The position numbers and the translations under genes were made by a program. From positions 1 to 51,358 of the forward strand of contig CAZXQL010000001.1 in the NCBI GenBank assembly GCA_964643395.1: a DNA stretch of 51,358 nt, written 5' to 3'. This stretch comes from an uncultured Thermotogae bacterium (GTDB lineage Bacteria; Bipolaricaulota; Bipolaricaulia; UBA7950; UBA9294). Below the pieces are notes generated by a model. The model was not told where the DNA came from. It saw only the letters and a list, made by a program, of their open reading frames with translations, and did no database searches. This document shows, one piece after another, positions 43,487 through 51,358 of this stretch (position 1 is its first letter; each line of letters begins with the position of its first letter).

Positions 43487-44590
43487 CTAGCCCCAATCGG
43501 GGAACAGCAGCAGCTGCCGAGCAACCGGCTCGGCAATGCCCCCGAGACCGACACCAAGGAGCCGGATTCCTCGTTCGTCGATTGGAACGCGCTTGCGCAG
43601 CAACTCCAGCGCCAGGGACTCGATCACCTGGGGAGAATCCGTGCCGACCGTCAGCTGCGTCTGCCGAGTGATCGTCTTGAAGCTGGGATAGCGCACCTTG
43701 ATGCGAACGACGCGGCAGATCAGATGTTCCGCCTGAAGCGATCGCGCAACCTGCCCGGCCAGGCGGCGCACTTCGTCCTCCATCTCGGCCGGGTCCGTCA
43801 CGTCGAATGAGTACGTCGTCTCCCGAGAGATCGATTTGGAGTCGACCTCACCGGACAGCGGGGTGTCATCGATTCCGGACGCCAACTGATGCAAGCGCCG
43901 TCCCATCGAGCCCAGTTCCCGCACGAGGAGTTCGACCGGCGCGAGCCTGAGATCCTTGACCCGCAGGAAGCCCAATCCGGTCAATCGTTTGGCCGTCACC
44001 TTCCCGACGCCCCAGATCTGCTCGACCGGCATGGGATCGAGGACGTCGTGGATCCTTGCAGGGTCGATCACTTTGAATCCGTCAGGCTTGTCGAGTTCGG
44101 AGGCCAGTTTCGCGAGAAAGCGGTTGGGGGCCAATCCGACCGAGCAGGTGAGATCCGTCTCCATCCGAACGTCCCGCTTGATGGTCGCAGCCGCTGTTCG
44201 GACCGCTTCGAAATCGGGGCCGTGGTGCGAAAGGTCGAAGAACGCCTCATCCAGCGAGATCGCCTCGATGACAGGAGAGAAGCGCTGCAGGATCTCGCGG
44301 ACCTCTTCCGAGATCTCGCGATATCTGAAGAATCGTGGAGTCACGTAGATTCCGTCCGGACACAGCCTGCGCGCAACGGCCGTGGGAAGTGCGCTGTGCA
44401 CGCCATAGGGACGGGCCTCATACGATGCCGTCGACACGACGCCCCGAGGGCCGAGTCCCCCGACGATCACGGGGCGTCCGCGGTATTCCGGATGATCGAG
44501 TTGCTCGACGGCAGCGAAGAACGCATCCATATCCAGATGACCGATCCACCGGCCTTCCTCGTTGCCTATCGCAGGATTCCGGCTCGGCAT
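43487..44590 (-). CDS. dinB: DNA polymerase IV (Y-family)
   Basis: HLDMDAFFAAVE, SLDEAFFDL, and the little-finger region. Confidence 0.9.
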   Translation of the reverse strand: MPSRNPAIGNEEGRWIGHLDMDAFFAAVEQLDHPEYRGRPVIVGGLGPRGVVSTASYEARPYGVHSALPTAVARRLCPDGIYVTPRFFRYREISEEVREILQRFSPVIEAISLDEAFFDLSHHGPDFEAVRTAAATIKRDVRMETDLTCSVGLAPNRFLAKLASELDKPDGFKVIDPARIHDVLDPMPVEQIWGVGKVTAKRLTGLGFLRVKDLRLAPVELLVRELGSMGRRLHQLASGIDDTPLSGEVDSKSISRETTYSFDVTDPAEMEDEVRRLAGQVARSLQAEHLICRVVRIKVRYPSFKTITRQTQLTVGTDSPQVIESLALELLRKRVPIDERGIRLLGVGLGGIAEPVARQLLLFPDWG

Positions 44591-45120
44591 AGGAGTTCCC
44601 GTGTCGCAGGATAGCCCGTGTCGTTGAGGATTCGGTAGGCGGCGGGCCCGTAGTTCGCACTGTGATGTCCGATCTGACCGGACAGCTCGACGTCCGTCAA
44701 TTCACCGACTGAGAAGGGAATCTCTCCCATACGGGCGCTGTGAAGCACCGCCGCCCATGCCCACTCGTAGGCGTCTTGCCGGCCTCGCTTCAACGGCTGA
44801 TCGACCAACAGCCGCGTCATCTCGGCGCACGAAAGCCCCATCGCCTTGCAGGGGCCGAGATGGAGGCGGGCGACCCGGCCCGACGGATGAACGGGTTGAA
44901 GCGCCATCTCGCGCGAGCCCAAGGAGATCACACCGTCCCACTCCTCCGCCAGTGCACGGGCGAACGCGCTCGGGTCTCGCAACAGGTGATCGCCGCCGAA
45001 GCACCCTTGATACACCAACTTGCGAAGATCGCCCGCCGTCATGGATGGATGCCGATGATGCTCCTCGAGAATGAGAGCGGTCCATGAGCGATGGATTCGG
45101 CCTTCGTCCATTGTGTGCAT
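44566..45120 (-). CDS. Hypothetical protein
   Basis: ATG at 45120 (or 45111); 184 aa. I recognised no family. Its stop lies 25 nt inside the dinB start. The upstream part of ORF 44566..45576 is antisense to the NTPase gene. Confidence 0.5.
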   Translation of the reverse strand: MHTMDEGRIHRSWTALILEEHHRHPSMTAGDLRKLVYQGCFGGDHLLRDPSAFARALAEEWDGVISLGSREMALQPVHPSGRVARLHLGPCKAMGLSCAEMTRLLVDQPLKRGRQDAYEWAWAAVLHSARMGEIPFSVGELTDVELSGQIGHHSANYGPAAYRILNDTGYPATRELLCRAGILR

Positions 45121-45144
45121 AGGAATAGGATAGAATCGAGCGAA

Positions 45145-45681
45145 ATGGGGATCAAGGAGCGCATCGCCGTCACCGGACGTCCCGGCGTCGGGAAGACCAC
45201 GCTGATCGAGCGTGTCATCGAGTCGGCACCGTCGAGATTCGGCGGCTTCGTCGTCAAGGAGACCCTCGTGTGCGGTCGACGGGTGGGCTTCCGCTTGATC
45301 GACATCGGCTCCGGCCGGGAGGGCATTCTCGCTCACATCCATCAGCGCGTCGGTCCCCGGGTTGGGAAGTACACGGTGAATTCGGCGGCGATGGACGACA
45401 TCGGCATTCCCGCCGTCGAGGCGGCCATCCGATCCGGACGGGTCGTCGTGATCGACGAATTCGCGCCGATGGAGCTCTTGTCGCCCGGATTCGTCCCCGT
45501 CGTCGAAGACGCGCTCGCCTCCGATGCGGGACTCCTCATCGCGACCCACGCCACGCTGAACCATCCGCTCGTGCATCGCATCCGTCAGGAGCTGCGCCTG
45601 TTCCGCGTCAAGGTCAGCAATCGGGATCGACTGGCGGACGAACTGATCACGGCCTTCGGGGAAGGCGGCGCGGAGGCTTGA
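45145..45681 (+). CDS. THEP1/NTPase_1-family nucleoside triphosphatase
   Basis: P-loop GRPGVGKTT, Walker B VVVIDEFAPMEL; about 178 aa. TAGAAT lies 8 nt before the ATG. Confidence 0.75.
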   Translation: MGIKERIAVTGRPGVGKTTLIERVIESAPSRFGGFVVKETLVCGRRVGFRLIDIGSGREGILAHIHQRVGPRVGKYTVNSAAMDDIGIPAVEAAIRSGRVVVIDEFAPMELLSPGFVPVVEDALASDAGLLIATHATLNHPLVHRIRQELRLFRVKVSNRDRLADELITAFGEGGAEA

Positions 45682-45720
45682 CGGCGGCAGAAGGCGGGGC
45701 GCCGTCCGGATCGACCCGAT

Positions 45721-46674
45721 CTACCGCGCCTTCTTGGTCAGCGCCTGTTTGACCGCGACGACGAGTCCATCGACGTCGAGTCCGTAGTGAGCGAGGAGGG
45801 CGTCGGCGTCGCCGGATTGCCCGAATCGATCGTCTACACCCACGCGAACCACCGGAGTGGGCAGCTCCTCCGACAGCAGTTCGCAAACGGCGCTGCCGAG
45901 GCCGTTCGTGATTTGGTGTTCCTCCGCGGTCACGACAACGCCGGTCTTCCGCGCCGAGGCGAGGATCGTCTCCCGATCGAGCGGCTTGATGGTGGAGACG
46001 TTGATGACTTCGGCGTCGATGCCGTCCGCGGCGAGCACGTCGCTTGCCTCGAGAGCGACCGATACCATCAGCCCGCAGGCTGTGATGGTGACATCCCCTC
46101 CTTGGGCCACGATCTCCGCGTTTCCGAACTCGAATCGATGCTCCTCGTCGTGAATGACGGGAAACGCGGCCCGCGCGAGACGGACGTAGACCGGACCTTC
46201 GTCATGACCGGCAACGAAGCGTGTCACGCTCGCCGCCTCGACCGCATCGGCAGGCACGATGACGCTCATGTTGGGCAAGGTGCGCATGTTGCCGATGTCT
46301 TCCAGCATCTGGTGGCTGGCCCCGTCTTCGCCCACTGTGAGCCCCGCATGCGTGGCGACGATGCGGACCGGCGTCTTGGGATACGCCACGACCTGGCGGA
46401 TTTGCTCCCAGATCTTGCCCGTCGCGAAGACGGCGAACGTGGAGACGAACGGCCGGAAGCCGGACATCGCGAGCCCTGCGGCAGTCCCGAGCATGTTCGC
46501 TTCGGACACGCCCATGTCGTAGAACCGATCGGGGTGCTGGGCCGCAAACAAGTCGGTCTTGGTCGATCCGGCTAGATCGGCGGTCAAGACGACGATGCGC
46601 GGGTCCTCATGTCCCAGTTCGGCCAGCGTCTCCCCGTAGGCGTCCCGGGTCCCTCGCTTCTCCGTGAACATCAT
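45721..46674 (-). CDS. Transketolase, C-terminal (Pyr plus C-terminal domain) subunit
   Basis: [50 protein letters not shown]. The start overlaps the tal stop by 3 nt (GATGATG). Confidence 0.88.
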   Translation of the reverse strand: MMFTEKRGTRDAYGETLAELGHEDPRIVVLTADLAGSTKTDLFAAQHPDRFYDMGVSEANMLGTAAGLAMSGFRPFVSTFAVFATGKIWEQIRQVVAYPKTPVRIVATHAGLTVGEDGASHQMLEDIGNMRTLPNMSVIVPADAVEAASVTRFVAGHDEGPVYVRLARAAFPVIHDEEHRFEFGNAEIVAQGGDVTITACGLMVSVALEASDVLAADGIDAEVINVSTIKPLDRETILASARKTGVVVTAEEHQITNGLGSAVCELLSEELPTPVVRVGVDDRFGQSGDADALLAHYGLDVDGLVVAVKQALTKKAR

Positions 46675-47309
46675 CGGGGAACTCCTTCCCAGTCCTTGAG
46701 GAATCGCTCGATGCCGAGATCGGTGAGCGGATGGTAGAACGCCTTCTTGAGGATGGCGTACGGGACCGTGGCAATGTCGGCGCCGAGGAGGGCCGCGTCG
46801 AGCAGATGTCGGGGGTGGCGAACGCTCGCCACCAGGATCTCCGTCGGGAAGACGTAGTTCTGAAAGCACTCTTGAATCTCCGCGACGAGCCCCATCCCGT
46901 CTCCCCCCATGTCGTCGATGCGGCCGACGAACGGGGACACGAAGCTGGCGCCGCACTTGGCCGCCAGCATCGCCTGGTTGGCCGAGAAGACGAGCGTGAC
47001 GTTGGTGCGGATTCCTTCGCCAGTCAGGATCGTCACCGCTTTCATCCCGGCTTCCGTCATCGGTATCTTGATGACGACGTTGTCGTGAATCGCTGCCAGC
47101 ACTCTCGCCTCCGTGACCATCGCGTCGGGATCCATTCCGGTGACTTCCGCGCTGATGGGGCCGTCGACGATCGTGCAGATCTCGGCAATGATGTCGCGGA
47201 ACGGTCGCTTCTCCTTGGCCACCAGCGACGGATTGGTCGTCACGCCGTCCACCAGCCACGCCATCTCACGAATCTCGGACACGTTCGCCGTGTCGATGAA
47301 CAGTTTCAC
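46671..47309 (-). CDS. tal: Transaldolase / fructose-6-phosphate aldolase (type 3B)
   Basis: [13 protein letters not shown]...[33 protein letters not shown]. Confidence 0.92.
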   Translation of the reverse strand: MKLFIDTANVSEIREMAWLVDGVTTNPSLVAKEKRPFRDIIAEICTIVDGPISAEVTGMDPDAMVTEARVLAAIHDNVVIKIPMTEAGMKAVTILTGEGIRTNVTLVFSANQAMLAAKCGASFVSPFVGRIDDMGGDGMGLVAEIQECFQNYVFPTEILVASVRHPRHLLDAALLGADIATVPYAILKKAFYHPLTDLGIERFLKDWEGVPR

Positions 47310-47411
47310 GATGCCTCCTTCGCCCGCCGGCGCTGTCTAGTGTATCCGTCGGCCTCGGCGGACACCATCCGCGCGACGCCGGTTGCGCACCGCCGCCGCC
47401 GGGGCTACCGT

Positions 47412-48806
47412 ATGGGCATCATCATGACGATCGATCTCGGCATCATCGGCGGAGGACCTGGAGGCTACGTCTGCGCGATTCGCGCAGCGCAGTTGGGGCT
47501 TCGCGTCGCGTTGATCGAGGAAGATGCGTTGGGTGGAACATGCCTCACACGCGGATGCATTCCGACCAAGGCGCTCTACTCGGCGACGAAGTTGCTCGCC
47601 CAAGCGCATGAGGCTTCGACGATCGGCATCACGTTTTCACAGCCTCGAATCGACCTGACGAGGTTGGCGACGTGGAAGGGCGAGGTCGTGTCGAACCTCG
47701 TGGGGGGGATCGAGACCCTTCTGGACAAGAATGGCGCGCAGGTCTACCGCGCGCGCGCGCGGCTGGCCGGCCCACAGTCGATCGCCCTGTCCACGGGAGA
47801 GACCCTCGACGCGGCGAACATCGTTCTGGCAACAGGATCCGACGCTGTCGAGATTCCCCCGTTCCCGTTCGATCATCCCGGCATCTGGTCGTCGGACGAT
47901 GCGCTCGAGTTGCCCGAGATCCCGGAACGTTTGGCCGTCATCGGAGGCGGCGTGATCGGTCTCGAACTGGCCACCATCTACCGGCGGCTCGGCTCGCAGG
48001 TCGTCGTGATCGAGCTGTTGCCGGAGATTCTGTCGACGGTCGATCTGGACCGCCGCGCAGTGGCGACGCTCAAGCGATCCCTCGCGAAGCTCGACATCCA
48101 AGTTCTCACCGGCACGGCGGCCGAGTCCTTCGAGGAACGGGATGGCGCCCTCCTTCTGCATACGAAAGACAGCGGGGACCACGTCGTCGATCGCATCTTG
48201 GTCGCCGTGGGCAGACGCCCGCGGAGCCGCGATCTCGAACTCCAAGTCGCCGGCGTGGAAACCGACCAGCGCGGGTTCGTTTGTGTCAATGAAGAGCTTC
48301 GAACGACGGCCCGGAACGTCTATGCGATCGGCGATCTCATCGCCGGACCGATGCTCGCCCACAAGGCATCGATGGACGGGATCTTCGTCGCCGAGACGCT
48401 GGCGGGGAACGAGCACACCTACGATGCCGACCTCATCCCTCAAGCCATCTTCACCGATCCGGAGGTTGCCTCGGTCGGCCTATCCGAGTCCAAGGCCAAG
48501 ACAGCGGGAAACGATATCCTCGTCGGGCGGTTCCCGTTCGCCGCGCTCGGCAAAGCGCTGGGCATGCGGGAGCCGGACGGGTTCTTCCAGGTCGTCGCGG
48601 ACGCAGCCGATCACCGGATCCTCGGTGTTCAGATCGTGGGAGCCGAGGCGTCGGATCTCATTTCCGAAGCAGCGGTCGCGGTGCAGAACGGACTAACGCT
48701 CGAGGCGATCGCCGACGCCGTCCATCCCCATCCGACGCTTCCGGAAGGCTTGAAGGAAGCCGCCGAAAACGCGCTGGGAAGAGCGATCCACACGATCAAT
48801 CGGTAG
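47412..48806 (+). CDS. lpd: Dihydrolipoyl dehydrogenase
   Basis: IIGGGPGGY, redox-active GGTCLTRGCIPTK, C-terminal HPHPTLPE. The alternative start is ATG 47424. Confidence 0.9.
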   Translation: MGIIMTIDLGIIGGGPGGYVCAIRAAQLGLRVALIEEDALGGTCLTRGCIPTKALYSATKLLAQAHEASTIGITFSQPRIDLTRLATWKGEVVSNLVGGIETLLDKNGAQVYRARARLAGPQSIALSTGETLDAANIVLATGSDAVEIPPFPFDHPGIWSSDDALELPEIPERLAVIGGGVIGLELATIYRRLGSQVVVIELLPEILSTVDLDRRAVATLKRSLAKLDIQVLTGTAAESFEERDGALLLHTKDSGDHVVDRILVAVGRRPRSRDLELQVAGVETDQRGFVCVNEELRTTARNVYAIGDLIAGPMLAHKASMDGIFVAETLAGNEHTYDADLIPQAIFTDPEVASVGLSESKAKTAGNDILVGRFPFAALGKALGMREPDGFFQVVADAADHRILGVQIVGAEASDLISEAAVAVQNGLTLEAIADAVHPHPTLPEGLKEAAENALGRAIHTINR

Positions 48807-50073
48807 TGCCGGCGGGCGCAGGAGCAGCTTCGAGTCCATTGACGGACGCCTTCTGGTCCTCGATGCGGAGCAGCGGCCGCACGAGCAGCCCTCCCAGTGC
48901 GGTGACCGTACATAGCACGCCTGCAAGTAGGAACAGGAACGGAACACCCGTCACGTCGGCAACCGGGCCTGCGATCATCAAACCGATCGGCGTGGTGAAC
49001 GAGAAGAGGCTGCCGAGAAGTCCGAAGACACGCCCCTGCATCTGCGCGGGAACCGTCGCCTGCAACATGGCGCTGATCGGGGCGTCCACCATCGAGACCG
49101 CGAACCCGACAAAGAACACACTCACGAGGCCGAGCCAGAACATGGTCGGCGGCGTCAGGCCGAGGACGATGCTTGCGAGGCCGAGGCTGACGAGTCCGAG
49201 CATCATCGTGAGGACTTTACGCTTGAATCCGCCCCACACACCGAGCAACAGGCCGCCCAGCATCATGCCCGAGCCGACGATAGCGTCGAACAAGCTGAGC
49301 TGTGCCGCGTCGCCGCCGAAGTGCTGGTAGACGAGCAACGGCGCCAGTGAGAAGGCGGGCATCAGAGCGATCTTGATGATCGAGGCGATCGTCAAGAGAG
49401 CAATGAGCCCCGGCCAACCAGCCACGAACCGCAGTCCTTCGAGCGTGTTGGCGAGAAATGTACGCGCCTTGATCGCGTCGACGTGCTCGCGCGACGGCTG
49501 AGGAATCACGAGGAATAGGAGCGGAACCACGGCAAAGGCGGCTGTTCCCAGGTCAACGAGCATCACGCCGTAGAGCGGCATCAGGGCGAGCAGGAGCGCG
49601 CCAAGCGGGGCCCCGATGATGTTCAAGGCTCCGTTGATCGTCTGATTCAGTCCGCTGACGCGGGTGTAGTGCTTTGCAGGAACCATCAGCGTCGTCGAAG
49701 CGGCCATCGCCGGGCTGTGGAACGTCTGTCCCAACGAACGGGCCAGCATGACGACGTAGATATGCCAGGGATGCATCGCGCCGATCCAGAACATGTATGC
49801 GAGCCACAGTGAGACAATCGCAATGAACGAATCGGATACCACCATCACGGCGCGTCGATTCCAGCGATCGATCAGTGCGCCGATGAACGGTCCAAGGAAG
49901 ATGCCCGGCAGGAAGGCGACGAGCGACGCCGTCGCAAGTACGGTAGCTGAGCCCGTCTGGAGCGTCAGCCACCAGATCAACGCGAACTGCGCCGCCGCAC
50001 TCCCGACCAACGAGAACTGCTGCCCTGTCCAGATGATGAAGAATCGCGCCTTCCAGTGCCCCGTTTCGTTCAT
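48796..50073 (-). CDS. MFS transporter (EntS/MFS_3-like)
   Basis: 12 TM helices; GALIDRWNRR loop motif. GGAAGCGGAG lies before the ATG at 50073. Confidence 0.82.
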   Translation of the reverse strand: MNETGHWKARFFIIWTGQQFSLVGSAAAQFALIWWLTLQTGSATVLATASLVAFLPGIFLGPFIGALIDRWNRRAVMVVSDSFIAIVSLWLAYMFWIGAMHPWHIYVVMLARSLGQTFHSPAMAASTTLMVPAKHYTRVSGLNQTINGALNIIGAPLGALLLALMPLYGVMLVDLGTAAFAVVPLLFLVIPQPSREHVDAIKARTFLANTLEGLRFVAGWPGLIALLTIASIIKIALMPAFSLAPLLVYQHFGGDAAQLSLFDAIVGSGMMLGGLLLGVWGGFKRKVLTMMLGLVSLGLASIVLGLTPPTMFWLGLVSVFFVGFAVSMVDAPISAMLQATVPAQMQGRVFGLLGSLFSFTTPIGLMIAGPVADVTGVPFLFLLAGVLCTVTALGGLLVRPLLRIEDQKASVNGLEAAPAPAGTTD

Positions 50074-50107
50074 CTCCGCTTCCTGTCCCGAATCGGTACT
50101 TCCTCCG

Positions 50108-51358
50108 CTAGCCGGCTGCAACCTTCACGCCATCGAGCGCGATCGATGGGCTTCGGAACCGTCCGTACAGCCATGCGCTGTCGTTGCCCACGCCGATGAG
50201 GTGGTCGCGAAGAAGGTCGTAGCTGTTCCCGGCGATCATCGCGTTCTTGACCCGGCCGACGACGTGTCCATCTTCAATCAGGAACGCAGCGGACAGGTTG
50301 TTGGAGAAGTCCCCCGCGTTCAGGTTCCCTTGCCCTAGACCGAGCACGCTATCGACCAGGAGTCCCGTTTTGATGTCACGGATCATCTCCTCCTGTGACG
50401 CCGCCCCTTCTCCGACCACGAAGTGGCTGATCGACGACGACGTGGCCGGCCGGAAGTTGCGAGCGCTGGTGATTCCCCCCTTGTACCCGTTGCCCGTCGA
50501 GGATGTTCCCGCCAGCGCAGCCGTCCTCAGGTCGTAGTAGAACGTCGAAAGCACACCATCTTCGACCAGGCTCGTCCGGCTCGACTCGACGCCTTCGTCG
50601 TCAAACGAGGACGTCCGCATGCCCCCCGGGATGCGACCGTCATCCACGAGATTGAGTCTGCGGTCGAGGATCGGTTGGGACAGCTTGTCGCGAAGCGGGG
50701 ACAGGCCGAGCAAAGCTGCCTTCCCGTCGAGCCCGATCAAGAGCGGCAAGAAAACGGCAACCGCCCCGGCCGGGGTGAAGACGACGGGCAGGGAACCTCG
50801 AGGGGCCGGCACTGTCTTCTGTCCCAGTTCCAACAGGCGGACGACCCGTTGCGTGGCCGAGTCAGGAGTCAGGGCGTCGGACGTTGCCTGAACGCTGTCC
50901 GCAACGACATAGATGTCGTCGGGGCGTGTACGCGTTGCCTCGATCTCCACGCGGATCAGGGCCGCCGATTCCTCGACATCCAGTCCGCCGGTGTTGGCGA
51001 TGCGAACCCGGTCGACAACCTTCTCGACGCGGACGTCAGCTTCGACATCCTCTCCGGCGCGCTGGACGATCCGCTGGATCTTCTCGCCCAACTGCATCAA
51101 TGCGTCGGCGGAGAGGGATGCGATCTTCGAAACGTCACTGCCGTCCGATAGGTCGGGAGGCGTCTCCGGAAACTCGAGATTCGCCGTGTCACCGTAGGCT
51201 GCGGTCGCCGTCGCTGCTTCGACCACGCTGTCGGGACGCGAGAAGTCGGTCGCCGTTGCATATCCCAGCTTCCCGTCACAAATGACACGGAGGGCCGCAC
51301 CCTTCGTGTGCATCGACTTGATGGCGCTGGGACCGTGCGTGTCGAATCGAACTGGAAC
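50108..51358 (-). CDS. TldD/PmbA-family metalloprotease, 5' end beyond the window
   Basis: GDFSNNLSAAFLIEDGHVVGRVKNAMIAGN and the C-terminal PSIALDGVKVAG are typical. The frame stays open to nt 51358. Confidence 0.85.
   Translation of the reverse strand, partial: VPVRFDTHGPSAIKSMHTKGAALRVICDGKLGYATATDFSRPDSVVEAATATAAYGDTANLEFPETPPDLSDGSDVSKIASLSADALMQLGEKIQRIVQRAGEDVEADVRVEKVVDRVRIANTGGLDVEESAALIRVEIEATRTRPDDIYVVADSVQATSDALTPDSATQRVVRLLELGQKTVPAPRGSLPVVFTPAGAVAVFLPLLIGLDGKAALLGLSPLRDKLSQPILDRRLNLVDDGRIPGGMRTSSFDDEGVESSRTSLVEDGVLSTFYYDLRTAALAGTSSTGNGYKGGITSARNFRPATSSSISHFVVGEGAASQEEMIRDIKTGLLVDSVLGLGQGNLNAGDFSNNLSAAFLIEDGHVVGRVKNAMIAGNSYDLLRDHLIGVGNDSAWLYGRFRSPSIALDGVKVAAG

Noticed and set aside
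1-51358. Possibility that TAG is reassigned (for example code 15-like, or global pyrrolysine or suppression), which would explain the two internal TAGs.
   Set aside because: By my count, 22 of 49 CDSs end at TAG at positions that give normal protein lengths. Several of these are immediately followed by overlapping or closely spaced downstream starts. Global reassignment is therefore not supported. Site-specific readthrough cannot be excluded.
1-51358. Search for tRNA, rRNA, CRISPR arrays, transposases, integrases, phage genes, toxin-antitoxin pairs or known defence genes.
   Set aside because: I found no T-loop GGTTCGAATCC-like tRNA signatures, no regularly spaced direct repeats outside the intragenic protein repeats, and no DDE, tyrosine- or serine-recombinase, or RT-like translations in any frame. 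The window does not look like a mobile or defence island.

Overview
High-GC bacterial chromosomal segment of about 50 tightly packed genes. I saw no rRNA, tRNA, CRISPR array, transposase or integrase. All calls come from reading ORF translations and DNA motifs by eye; no database search was run. Most content is housekeeping or metabolic: cspA-like, coaE, nadE, rsuA/rluB-type pseudouridine synthase, hsp20, yidD, dinB, tal plus a transketolase C-subunit, lpd, NfnAB-like oxidoreductase, corA and pmbA/tldD. Several neighbourhoods are less ordinary. (1) A cyclic-nucleotide signalling set: a GAF protein followed by a 1.3-kaa dual-cyclase/AAA/TPR protein, a GGDEF protein, and a D-lactate dehydrogenase with an N-terminal cNMP-binding domain. 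(2) A metal island: nikR, a TroA/ZnuA-type ABC importer with an embedded FmdE-domain gene, and a beta-rich secreted protein; then corA and a Cys-free ArsR regulator facing a zinc-ribbon gene and an 18-codon Lys-rich micro-ORF. (3) Two paralogous signal-peptide proteins of unrecognised family (24243 and 43365), one translationally coupled to an ABC-2 exporter. (4) A six-gene minus-strand operon: MEMO-like, Asp/Glu-type racemase, M20 amidohydrolase, EtfB, EtfA and a GlcD-like FAD oxidase. (5) Two perfectly spaced CIRCE-like inverted repeats in the hsp20/yidD control region. Two otherwise intact genes, cNMP-LdhA and an S9 peptidase, are each interrupted by a single in-frame TAG. TAG is also the commonest genuine stop here, so a nonsense mutation or leaky readthrough is more likely than code reassignment. 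I cannot name a single defined novel system with certainty; the candidates are ranked in the findings.
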